From positions 51,708,001 to 51,772,000 of the forward strand of contig OZ024740.1 in assembly GCA_964016885.1 (NCBI GenBank): DNA of 64,000 nt, given 5' to 3'. Source of the stretch: Eledone cirrhosa. Lineage: Eukaryota. Within the stretch, counting starts at the first letter, position 1; every line of letters begins with the position of its first letter. Shown here one piece after another: positions 27,667 to 39,530 of the stretch. The notes under the pieces were generated by a model. That model was not told the DNA's origin, did not search any database, and saw only the letters and a program-made list of their open reading frames with translations. Made by a program: the position numbers and the translations under genes.

Positions 27667-27820
27667 AGGAGGTGTGTCAGAAAAGTTCCAGGGCTGATGT
27701 CACAAAAGATTTATTTCAAACCCAAACTTCACACTAAGTGTTTTCTCCTTCAAAGTAATCCCCCTGGAGTCTAATGCACTTTTCCATCCTTTTCTGCCAC
27801 GCTTGCATGCACTCCTGGAT
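27667..27820 (-). mobile_element. mariner transposon 3' end
   Basis: WQKRMEKCIRLQGDYFE (mariner transposase C-terminus) and TIR-like TA-GGAGGTGTGTCAGAAAAGTTCC. Confidence 0.8.
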
Positions 27821-28034
27821 GTGTGTGTGTGTAGGGGGGGGGGTAAACACAGATCTATGCTGAAGGGGCTTCTGTATCCCGCCTCCGAAAGCAGCAGCCG
27901 ATGTCTCATCAGGAGAATAAGTAATTCTGTAGTTGTTTCGGCCCCTTCCACCTATGTGTGTGTGTGTGTTGGGGGGGGGGGGCGTGCGTATATCTATATA
28001 GATATATATTTGCATGTATATGTATATGTGAAGG

Positions 28035-28200
28035 CACATGGCTTAGTGGTTAGAGCATTAGGCTTGCAAGCGAAAGGTTGTAAGTCAATTCTCGGACCGG
28101 GTGATGTGTTGTTTCCTTGAGCAAGACACTTTATTTCACATTGCTCCAGTTTACTCAGCTGTAGAAATGAGATGATAGGGACTGGGGTCCCTATCATTAA
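28035..28200 (+). mobile_element. tRNA-derived SINE (family 2)
   Basis: A-box tggcttagtggttagag, decayed B-box, body ccttgagcaagacactttatttcacattgctccag. Confidence 0.7.
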
Positions 28201-28602
28201 ATCACCCAAGACACCTCCAACGAGATATACCTCGGAGGAGGCTTGCTAAACCTGCATAGGTGTGAGCTGTAACAAGAAGAAGAAGAAGTATATATGTGTG
28301 TGTCTGTAAGCTTATCTATATTTGTATAGCTACTCATATATATGCATACGTGTGTGCATGCACGTATACACCGTTATTTACTTACATACACTCATATGGT
28401 GTTAATACATATATATGGTATGGATACACATATACAGTTTCATTCCTGATGTAATTTGTGGCCTGGGGCAAGTGTCATGAACTCTACTAACCCCATTATT
28501 TGCATTCTTACACACACACACACACAAATACACACACACAGATATTTAATGTCATTATACCCTTATATAAATATATGCATGTACATATATATGTACACAC
28601 AC

Positions 28603-28657
<55 letters not shown>

Positions 28658-28720
28658 CTTGAAGAAATAACAAACAAAACAAAAGGATGCAAAAACAAAG
28701 ATACATACACACGCATGCAA

Positions 28721-28847
<127 letters not shown>

Positions 28848-28971
28848 TGTATGTGTGTGTGTGCGAGTATGTATGCATTTTAAATATATATACATATGTG
28901 TGTAATGTCATCTTCATTATACAGATTAGATTACGGCAGTCTGCAATATCCGTGCATCAGTTTGTAGCTAA

Positions 28972-31050
28972 CTAGATGAGGTACCCGGCTTCGCCCGGGT
29001 GAACAGTTGATAAGAGAAGACAGGTAGAAGAGAAGACGACTGTATTGGATGCATTGTCTGGTTTACAGTACGACGCGAGACTGTGGTGCGTGTGTGACAA
29101 ACAAAAAGTAAATAAAACTTCCAGATACACCAGATTCTTTGTTTTATCGTTCGTACATAGTATATGAAGATTTCTAGATGTTTCCACTCATGAACAACCA
29201 ACATACAACTGTCCATGGGTAAAAACTGATTCTCTCAGATTCAATCCTACAACTTTGAGACCCAGACCCTGAGCTTTATTTATGGTCATAGCAAAACTGG
29301 CTCTAACAGGGAACTGAAGTCTTGAGAATTTGAATGGTAGAGTAAGGGATAAGTGGAATTTTTGGAATAAATGCACTTTCGCCTTGATAATTGCCTCCAA
29401 GAATAGTGACCTCTAGGAGATGTTTCATCATCCGCCCCACTGTGCCATTGCATAGATGTGGTGGGTCCAGGTTTCTAAAAAGGATGATGGGAGTTCCAAT
29501 CTTTAGTGTTACTTTGTGTGGAGGAAGTCCAGGAAGTTCCTATTAAGGAACTCTACAGGATAATTAACAGCTTCGTCATCCTTTTCAATCTTGTCAATAG
29601 AGACATATGTATGAACTTCCCCTGGGAGCGTATCCAGTAGACATTGGTTGATCTGATATACCATATTATTTTTTGGTGCTAAAATTGCTCGCTCAAACAG
29701 CCATGATTCATTGAAATAATTTAAGGCAACATTTGGAAATACTTGATCAATTAGTTCATTTGTTGTATTACAGACATTTCCAAATGGAAGGCTGACTTCT
29801 CCATTTTTATCTTGTTGTAGATTTCCATCACCCAGTGTAATTAGCTGTTTTGCAAAAGTATCAATTTCTGCATCATTGTACCACTGCACTTTCATGTTTG
29901 TCCTCAAGGGTAATCACTGGACTTGTTGCCATATAGTTGAGGCTTTGAGACAAGTGTTTACAATATCAGCTCCTCTCGTGCCTTTAGAAACGACGGGAGA
30001 ATCTGTCTTAAGTCTCCAGCAAGCAGCATCGTTACTCCTTCCATGATTTTATTACATCCTGTAACGTCTCTTAAAGAATGGTCCAGAGCCTCAAATAACT
30101 TTCTATGTGCCATTGTGGCCTCATCCCATATAATCACGGAGCATTTCTCTAAAAGCTTTGCTTTTGGTGTGTTCTTTTTGATATTGCACGAAGGAGAGTC
30201 TTCTTTTGTGACATTCAATAGCAACTTGAACGTTGTGTTTTGACTCCATCAAGTAAGGTAGTAGCAATACCACTTGATGTAACAGCCAAAGCAATTTGCT
30301 TTTGCTGCCTTACTTTTGCCAATATGAGATTTATTATGAAGGTTTTATCAGTTCCTCCTGGAGCATCTAAAAAGTAAAGGCCTCCTTCATTCTGGTCGAT
30401 GCTGGTCAATATTTTTTCATAAACAATTCTTTAATCTTCAATCAGCTTTTCTTCATTTTCATTGACATGTTGTGTAAGCTTGTTGATGTCATAATTTATC
30501 TCCTTAATATATCCTGTGCAATAGAGTATGCAACTGTATCCTCAGGTTCTGGTAAACCGCAATCCTTGAGGGACCAGCCAATTTCACTCAGTGTTTTGAA
30601 GATGATCCAGTACAATATATGTTCCCACAAGTCTTTCTTATAGCTTTCCCAGAGACTCAAGGGATCTGAAATATTGCCCGTAGTGAGCATTACAGTGAAC
30701 AGCTGTCGAAGCTTTTTAGGCATTTGTGTGGCAGCTACCTCTTCCAATATTCCCCGTCTTCAAGTAGGCCAAGTAATTTACATGCTTCATCATACGTTGC
30801 ACAGGGAGTTCCTTGTAAAATTTTCATATTTCAAATGATGTTGGCCCTCTAACAGTGTGAAGGAGTAACATCAAATGGAAACATTCTCTATGTCTAGGAT
30901 GGACCATGTAAACTCTTCTTATTGCACCACTTGCTTTGAAGTCTTGATAGCCATCCACATCGTTGCCTATCTGTCGTCTGCTCCATTTCTTTTTATTCCA
31001 TGTGTACAATGCAATCAATTGTGCATTTTCTTCTTTCTGAAAACGGGCAA
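28972..31050 (-). mobile_element. Helitron RepHel relic (Pif1-like helicase) with an intact 3' terminus
   Basis: LLLHTVRGPTSF, FLDAPGGTDKTF, IIWDEATM, LAGDLRQILP, ERAILAPKN, QFPVRASFAMTINKAQG..VFTHGQLYVGCS; 3' hairpin cccgggcgaagccggg + CTAG at 28972. Confidence 0.92.
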
Positions 31051-31249
31051 CTGGGGGAGATAGGTGGTGAATTTACATTTTTCTGGAAGGAGAAACATGT
31101 TTAAGAAAGGAAAGAATCAAGAGTGGGTTTCGCTATCCGCTCGAGTCTAGCCCACAGACTAACAGAACCTCCTCGTAGGATCAGTGACTGGTTAATAAAT
31201 TGTCGTCTACACGTCTCGAGTGACAGGCATGTCACTACTATTAGTGTAT

Positions 31250-31530
31250 GTTCGTTTTTTAATGAAAATATTCAACTTTGGGAGGAAATGCTGTTCACTA
31301 ATACTGTTGGGAGGAAATGCTGTTCACTGTTGCTAGACTCAAAAGTTACGTCTATTTTAGATTTATTGAAGCTATGTATTAATGAGGATAACTTCCCATT
31401 GAACATCTGATGGAGTGTTTGCTATGGTAGATAGATACAAAGGTTTCTCTTCTCATCTAATGCCAATCTATGGAAACACTTAAAATCGGCCTTCCCAACT
31501 TCCTACTTGGTAGAAGCTGGATATAACCAA
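31250..31530 (+). mobile_element. Possible hAT (Buster-type) transposase C-terminal remnant
   Basis: In-frame FPTSYLVEAGY at about 31492. Confidence 0.45.
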
Positions 31531-31569
31531 GCGATGTAACTTGCGGTTTAAAGATGATAAATTTTTGTT

Positions 31570-31919
31570 TCAATCAAGGGGTCAAAGATGCCATCGGAGC
31601 AAAGAAGGAGGCTTACAAAGTTTGGCTTGGAAATAAACCCTCCTTCTTGCACAAGCAGGCACGAAGAATCGCAGCAGAGACAGTAAAGACGTCCAAAGTT
31701 AAGACATAGGAGGACTTTGGGGTTAAGCTGGAATCCGACTTCAGATCAGCAAATAAAGTGTTCTGGCAGACCATCACCAACTTTGTAATAAGAAGTTCTC
31801 CTCCACACCTGCTATCAAGAACGCCTCTGGGGTTCTCTTCAACGATGTGTTCTGGAAAGCACGTCTGTGGACTCTGTCCCCACTCCTAGCAATAGGTGGA
31901 CAACCCTCTAAAGAAGAAG

Positions 31920-31950
<31 letters not shown>
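31570..31950 (+). mobile_element. RTE (Expander-like) LINE fragments ending in (GAA)n
   Basis: VKDAIGAKKEAYKVWL..EDFGVKLESDFRSANKVFWQTI. Confidence 0.65.
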
Positions 31951-32569
31951 GGCGGTGGCGGCGGCGGAGGTGGTGGTGGTTAAAGAATTGGTAACCGTTT
32001 GTTACTAGTTCGAAAACTGACTTTTTGTGACGGTTATACATCTTATGTAAATACAATTTAATAGAAAAAGAAAAAAATATTTAGTTTGAGAAGAAAGAAG
32101 GGAATGTAAAATAAGAAAATATTTTTTTTTTTAATGGAAAAGGAAGGGAAAGGCAAGGGCTCTAGTGTCACAGAAGAATGGGGAAAGGGGTGGAGTGATT
32201 CGGTTCTGAGCCTAGGGCGCGGAGAAAGCCGCAAAAGCATTCCCGTAGTCAATGGTCAGCGACACTCGCTGCAAAAGCCATCCCACCTCGCGGAATTCCT
32301 TCCTCAGACGATCTGATCTTTCGGAGGAGCTAAACAATACGGGGTCCAAGTACGCCTGAAGTCTCGACGGCGGCCGGTGCGAGGAAATTTATCGTAGTAA
32401 GTGTTCATCAAAACATAATTTGCGCACCATATAGTTTTCGGGAAAATGTTATAAGATTTTATTAAAATCCTTTGATACAACTTACTTCTGTTTTTCTTTC
32501 ATTTCTTTTCATTTTTAATTAATAAAAAAAAACGTTTTCCTTTTTACCCACGCTGTCCATCATTATCAG

Positions 32570-32742
32570 TAGAGCGTCAGACACCATGCTTTGCAGCATA
32601 GAGTTATGGCACTTCACGTTCTGAGTTCAAATCCTGCTGAGGTTAGCTTTGTCTTTCATCTTTACGGAGTCGATAAAATAAAGTACCAGTAATGCACTAG
32701 GATAATTGCTGGCCTTGTGCCAAAAGTAGAAACAATTATTAA
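32570..32742 (+). mobile_element. SINE family 1 copy (others at about 33560-33752, 50200-50230, 51605-51800, 51820-51935)
   Basis: gagttcaaatcc..aggttaactttgcctttcatc..gtcgataaaataaagtaccag. Confidence 0.75.
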
Positions 32743-34377
32743 AAACGTTTGGCACAACTTACATCTGTTTTCCTTTCATTAATTCTCTTTGTCTTCTTTA
32801 TATAATATATAATTGTTTTCCCCCTTTTTTTATCACACTGGTTCGATTTTATCAAGGCAAAAATAAATGCCCGTCAAAACATAATTTACCCATCAAGAAA
32901 ATGTTATAAGGTTTTATTAAAACCTATTGGCACAACTTAGCCAAGGTAGTATTAATTGGAATTCTGAGTGCATGTGAAATAAAAAGAAATAAGCAAGGCA
33001 AAATAATTTAACAAATAATCCATTCACTAATTTTTAAGCCCGATACGTCGAACTTTCTTTTCTCTTTCCAATATAAAGCGTGGATTTTTAAAATCTGAGC
33101 GAAGCGCTGTAGAGTTTGTATCGCAGTCAATTTTATTTACTTTTTCTGCATTTATTTAAAACTTCCAATAAAGTGAATTTTTATGACTACGTTCAACTTA
33201 ATTTTTTAGTTGCTTTTCATTTTCTTTAACATGACTGAATAAAGGATAAAACTCCTCCCACGGCTTTATTTCATTTTTTCGCACTTCTTCAAAGCATTCC
33301 AAATCTACTCCAACCTATTCATTGTAATATTTTTTATACGCGGAAGATTTTTTTTCTGTTTACATCTTCCGTGCATACCCCCCCCCCCCCCAAAAAAAAA
33401 CACATTACTTTCTGTATATATTGAATGCTTTAAAATCCGTAATATTTTAAAACTGTATTTTAATAAATTTAATTATAAATGATATAGTTTAGTTTTAGGG
33501 AAGTTATTTACATGAATTATTTACATGAAGTTATTTACATGAAATTATTTCACTTTCGCAGGGTGGTGGATTGGCAGTATGGGAAGAGGGTCGGACGCCA
33601 TGCTTTGTAGCATAGTTACGTCCTTTTACAGACTGAGTTCAAATCCCACCGAGGTTAACTTTGCCTTTCATCTTTACGGGGTCGATAAAATAAAGTACCA
33701 GTAATGTACTAATAAAATTGCTGGCCTTGTGCCAAATGTAGAAACAATTATTTCACTTTCGCACACATGGTTCGAAAACAAGGGTATTAACTTCTGTTTT
33801 CTCTTTCATGAATTTCCCACACATTCGATGTTAAATCTACGCATAAAAGTTGTGCACCGTTTCTCACACCGATTGAATGATTCTAACAATGGTTGTATTT
33901 TTTGTAGGTGCGAAGTAAAATACTCTCCAAAATATTCCCTGAATTTTAATTAGTTTATGGTGTAGTAAAAATGATTAAAGGGAGGTAACCAATAACGCCG
34001 ACTTAAGAAATGCTGCTGCTATTACCATATTAAAGAATAAATGAATGCACACTTGACCATTTAAAACTGTAATTTATTAAATTTTATTATAAAAGATATA
34101 ATTTAGTTTTGTGGTTATGATTAGGGAAAGCGTTGCAAGTGATAACACAAAAAAAAAAAATTAAACAATTTTATAATTAAATAATTATAAAACTTAAGCC
34201 CATTGGGGGAAATGTTCCTGTTGTTATTAATACTATTCTAATTTTTCTTCTACTTCTCTTTTCCTCCGTTTTGTAATAGTAGCAGTTGTTCTTTTTCTTG
34301 TACCTCCGAATTTCAGCTAAATTGTGGAGGACAGTGGATAGAGACTGAACTCTTTAGCATATTGGTGGCCTCCCCAC

Positions 34378-34472
34378 AGCTCCGGCGGACAGCATGGCGA
34401 AGGCGTTTCCCCGGAGGACGGCAAGGGAGACGCGCTAGAAAAGCCATTCCAGCTCGCGAGGCTCACACCTTG
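34378..34472 (-). mobile_element. Short 3' fragment of the CRE-like element
   Basis: Homologous to 8130-8220. Confidence 0.75.
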
Positions 34473-35408
34473 GGCCATATTCAATCAATCCAAGACAATC
34501 TTATGATGAGTGGCCAAACCTATCCAACCCAACCTATGCCAGCAAATGATGTTGATGAAATGTTACACACACACATACAATAAACTCCACCCACAAGGGA
34601 TGGTCAACCTAAGACTATGGTAGACGGGTGTCATACAGTGGGATTGAAGGAGAACTACCTAACCACAGCTGCTACACTTATAATTTGTGACTTTATTAGA
34701 ATGAATATTCAATCTTAACGCACTCATTTCACCGATACATCTGCAAGTTCAAATAAGCATTTCTCTGATATAACTGTAATTGCTTAAAAATGCAACATTA
34801 TCTAAATGAAATAGACACAAGAGTATATATAGATAGATAGATATAGATATATTTATTCAGTCATTAAAAAGCATATTTATATATACAATGTAATACAAAA
34901 TGTAAAGTTTTGTTAATGAATAATTCATTTTAAATGTTCAGGTTGGTTGTTTATAAATTTAGGAGAAATGACTCAATTAATACTTTAAGTTACCATAGTA
35001 ACAGCTATCACTTTAAGAAAACATTTTTTCCTTGGTTTTTAAAAAATTTTATTCGTATATTTTTCGTGTGTGTTTATTTGCATAATAAACATTTTAAAAA
35101 AATTAGGTACAGTAAAAAAAAAAGAAAACATCAGTAGACTTTTTTTTTACTTTTACATCCTCTGGTTGTTTATAATCCTGTATATAAGAGCAGTAACTCA
35201 GCCATTTTTTACATTTATTTTCATTTTGGCAAAATAAAGTTCACTGAATTCCTCAGAGCAGTTTTGAAAGTCTGTTAGAGTCTATAAGGAAATATTTTGT
35301 TCCATGGTTAGTAGTAAGTATATCATAATGCCAGGCACATAGATCTTGTAAGCTTGAAAAATATTTTTTACTTTAGATCCAAAATTTCCATCAAAGTAAT
35401 TTTTTGTT

Positions 35409-36128
35409 TTAATCATCTTTCTTATTTGCTTCTGGTTCAGTCTTCTTCTGAAGAATAGAATATTCTTCTAACAACCTATCATATTCACGTTGAGTTGCTT
35501 CAGATTGAGATTTCATGGCTGTCAAATCCATTTGATTTTGTTTCAATTCTCTTTTGGTCTCATCTAATAACACATCCGCTTTTTCCAGTTTCTCTCTGAG
35601 AGCCTGAAGACTTTTAGCAGCATCTTCCCTTTCAGAATTTGCCATATTTTCCTCTGGAGGTGCCGATGCATTCATAAATCTATTGGCAGCTTCATTAGCA
35701 CTCACAGCTTGCTTGTGAGTTGCTTCCAAATCTACCATAAGTTGAGCTTGGGTGTTGATCAATTTGACAAGACGATTCAAGACCATCCAAAGAAACAAAG
35801 AAAATCCAGAGATGTAAAAATTACGTTGAGCCCGAAACAGGTTCAAATGTTGATTCTCTCCAGCCCCTGGCATAACTACAGTCATATCCAGTTTGTCGAT
35901 TGCAATGTTGTATTTATGGAGATGCCAAATTGAGTCAACAAAAGCAACTCCTAAAACCAACATTAATAATCGAATATACAAATATGAATAGGTAGATATC
36001 AATGCTATAATTCGGGATTGGAACAATTTCCGCCATGTCAGTGGTGATACGAGAGGTAACAAAAGCAAGAAAATTACTCCTATTTCTGAATATAAGAAGC
36101 TAGCAATGATAGTCCAGTGTAAACCCAT
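35409..36128 (-). CDS. BCAP31: B-cell receptor-associated protein 31/29-like ER membrane protein, copy 1 (239 aa)
   Basis: M.L.WT.IA.FLY.EIG N-terminus, three TM helices, hallmark LFRAQRNFYISGFSLFL, coiled coil with MKSQSE..QREYDRLLEE, C-terminal KKDD (KKXX ER-retrieval motif). Confidence 0.93.
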   Translation of the reverse strand: MGLHWTIIASFLYSEIGVIFLLLLPLVSPLTWRKLFQSRIIALISTYSYLYIRLLMLVLGVAFVDSIWHLHKYNIAIDKLDMTVVMPGAGENQHLNLFRAQRNFYISGFSLFLWMVLNRLVKLINTQAQLMVDLEATHKQAVSANEAANRFMNASAPPEENMANSEREDAAKSLQALREKLEKADVLLDETKRELKQNQMDLTAMKSQSEATQREYDRLLEEYSILQKKTEPEANKKDD

Positions 36129-36477
36129 GATGAAATATGTTTTGTTGTATTTTTTTAAAGTATGAAAGTGAAATTTTTTTAAAGTATGTAAGTAGAATTT
36201 CTTGTTTCTAAATGAACTCAGATCCTGTAAATAAATATATATATGTATATAAATAGATGTTAAGTATATAGGTCTGTTATATACATTTTCAAAAAAGAAA
36301 TGGAAAAGCAGATGTTAAAACAACGATATATGTGTGTGGGCGAATATGTTCATAAATCCACAAAACAAAAGATGAAATATATTTTGCAAGTCAAAATACA
36401 AAATAAAAAAAGCTGCAGCCCTTTGGCAGGAACAAAGGAGTAAAATATTGTGCATAGCATGCAGTGCTAAAGGAATA

Positions 36478-38380
36478 TATCATCATCATCATCATCATTT
36501 TACGTCCGCTTTTCCCTGCTTGCAAGGGTGGGATGGGTCTTATACAGCACAGTATCTCTCCACTCGTCACGGTCCTTCGTCATCTCCAGCGATCTGAGGT
36601 CTTTTCTCACCACCTCCACCCATATTTTTCGTGGTCTACTTCTACCACTTGGCACTTCTTCACCCATCGGTCATCCTCCATGCGCATCACATGTCCATAC
36701 CACCTCAGTCTCCTCTCTCGCACACTACATTCTATCCCTCTCGGACAGTTTCTCTCTCAACACATTTATGCTGGGTCATTCACGCACATTGATATTGCAC
36801 ATCCAACGGAGCATGCTTACCTCATTTCTCTCCAGCCGTCGCATATCCTCTGCAGTTGCTACCCATGTCTCACTACCATGCAGCATCGCGCTCCTCACAC
36901 AGGCATCATATAACCGGCCTTCGTCAGCAAGAGGAAGTAGCTCCCTAAACTTCTTCCAACCCGTCCTTATTCTAGATACTATGGCCTCGGAACACCCACC
37001 TCCCATGCTAATCTGATCTCCTAGGTACCGGAAGCTATCCACCACTTCTATAGCACCCGCCTGCATTTGAAAAATGTGTCTATCAATGCGACTTCTACTG
37101 TCTAATTTCCCTGTACATCTACTGCATACGTATTTCTCCCTACCTGTTCGTTTGCCTGCTATCCCGCTACATCTCTTGTGTACCCAGGATCTGCATTGTG
37201 TGCATTTTATAGAATTTATGCCAGTTCCTTTTCTGCATATTGATCATGGCCATTTTCCTGACGGAATCAGAGTTTTGTCCTCTTTTCTACTCAACATTTT
37301 TGTCTTAGCTAGGTTCACTCTCAGTCCTCTTGCTTCCAACTGCTGTTTCCATAACCAGAATTTATTCTCTAGATCCTCTACTGATTCTGCTATAAGAACC
37401 AGATCATCAGCATAGAGAAGTTCCCATGGACAGCCAGTCTTAAACTCCTCTGTTATGGTTTGGAGGACTATAATGAACAAGAGCGGGCTGAGGACCGAAC
37501 CTTGATGTACTCCTACTTGTATCTGGAATTCCTCACTAAACTCCATTCCTACTCTGACTTTACTGACAGTACCTCTGTACAAAGTTTGCAGTCCTCACAA
37601 GCCATTCCTCAACACCTAGCTTCCTTAGGGACCACCAGATGACAGATCGGGGTACCCTATCAAAGGCCTTCTCTAGGTCAACAAAGGCTAAGTATAGTGG
37701 CTTATTTTTCTCTAAGAACCTCTCTTGTAATTGTCTCACCAAAAAGAGGGCATCTGTTGTACTCTTCCCAGGCACAAAACCAAACTTCATCTCATCTAGT
37801 TTGACCCTTTCTCTAATTAGTTGTGCTAATATCCTTTCTGCCACTTTCATAACCTGATCCATCAGTTTTATACCCCTATAATTCCTCCTCTCCAGAGCAT
37901 CCTCTTTACCTTTGTAGCAATTTATGAGAATACTGCTGCACCAGTCTTTGGGTATGACACCACCATATATAGCCTGATTGATGATGCGTGCAACCAGTTT
38001 AGTGCCTACGTCCCCTGATGTCTTCAGCAACTATCCCCGATGGTCCAGCAGCCTTACCATTTTTCATTTCCTTAATCGCCTCTTGGACCCTATATTCGTC
38101 AATCTCAATAGCTGGTCCCTCTGTCGAATCTACTGAGAGTAATTTCTCTATCTCCCATTCGTTCACCACATTCATCAGTCTCTCATAATGACATTTCGAG
38201 GCCTCCTTTTTCTGATCATTAGTGACACTAAGTTCACCGGCATCATTCTGGACACACTTATCTCCAACATCCTGATTTGCATTGACACACTGCCTTGCAA
38301 TGTGGAACACCGCACGCCTCTGATCTTCCCATCGCAGAACATTGGCAAACCTCCTACTATGTATTGCCAAAATTAGCATT
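36478..38380 (-). mobile_element. RTE-clade LINE with a PHD-like Cys cluster after the RT, 5'-truncated
   Basis: NYRGIKLM, FGFVPGKSTTDA, AFVDLEKAFDRVPR, GVHQGSVLSPLLF, LLYADDL, KWPCSICRKG..WVHKRC, (GAT)n tail; lies between the two BCAP31 copies. Confidence 0.92.
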
Positions 38381-38457
38381 TATCTCACAGGAAAGCTACA
38401 TCTTTAGAAGTATGAAGGCTTAAAATATAGTATTTTATCACAACAGTAAAATGTCCT

Positions 38458-39215
38458 TTTCTTCTTCTTCTCCCACTTATCCTGTGAGGGTCATGGGGGA
38501 AGAGTCTTCAAAAACTCCTTTGAGCAGGTCCTGTCAGAAGCAAGTCTCCAGCTGGATCCTCAAGGGAGACCAGCCAAGCTCATAGATGTTATCCAGCCAT
38601 CTTGCTTGGGGTCTACTGCCAGTTGGTTTTGCCGTAAAATCTGTCCAGCGAATCTTTCTTGACATTCTAACCACATGCCCATAGTATCAGAGCTGTGATC
38701 TCTCAATTTAGAGAAATAGCGGCTCTACTTGGAGTGACTCTCTGATCTCCGAGCTATGCACTCTATCGAGTAACATTACTCCATAGACCCTTTGGAGGAA
38801 CCCCATTTTGGCTGTTTGTATTCATGATCGTATTTTTTCGGTTATTGCCTAAGATTCATGACCATAGGTAAGGGTTAGCATGAATACTGAATTGAAGATA
38901 GCATGTTTGGCTTTTGCACCTACTTTGATTACACAAGCTGGTGCATTACTGCACCAGTTCCTGTAATTCTTGCACTTAAGGCTAAATGAATATGGCTCCA
39001 AGATACTTGAACTTCTCCACCTGCTTCAATGGAACTCCATTCATATGTAGAGTGCATTGTGCAGACTTCCTTGAGAGGACGAGTGTCTCAGTTTTCGCAG
39101 CACTGATTTTCATACCAGCCATGCAGCATTCGGCATCAAACCTATCAAGTGCAATTTGGAGATCACCTTCTGTTGAGTTAAGAAACACCATGTCGTCTGC
39201 AAACTCCAACCAACT
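38458..39215 (-). mobile_element. Second RTE (Expander-like) LINE 3' part
   Basis: FADDMVFL..KISAAKTETLV..QVEKFKYLG; (GAA)n tail at 38460. Confidence 0.75.
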
Positions 39216-39219
39216 GATT

Positions 39220-39530
39220 TTCATCATCATCACCGTTTTACATCCGTTCTTCCACGCTAGCATGGGTTAGACGGGTTGTCCTGATGGGAGCAGTGTCCGG
39301 TCGGCTGACCTTGTCTTGCTCATACGGGAACTGATTCTACAGCTGGATGCCCTTCCTAACACCAACCTCATTTACAGTGAGTGTTGGGTGCTTTTTTTCC
39401 ATGGCGCCTACATGTCCACTTTTACAGTGTGGGCTGGGTGCTTGTTTGCTGACACCTCCACGACCACTTTGCAGTGGAATGACAGGGGCCCCAGTCCGAT
39501 GATCTCATTTCTACAGCTGAGTAAACACCT
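39220..39530 (-). mobile_element. RTE 3' UTR-derived short repeat (copies also at 44270-44512, 47577-48035, 48497-48720, 49260-49600, 61222-61365, 62083-62305)
   Basis: catcatc..gtttaacgtc..catgggttagacgg..ctacagctggatgcccttcctaacaccaacc; contiguous with an RTE ORF end at 53872-54201. Confidence 0.75.

Noticed and set aside
35709-35933. Antisense ORFs over both BCAP31 copies (also 42425-42652)
   Set aside because: Short shadow ORFs, conserved only because the sense gene is duplicated
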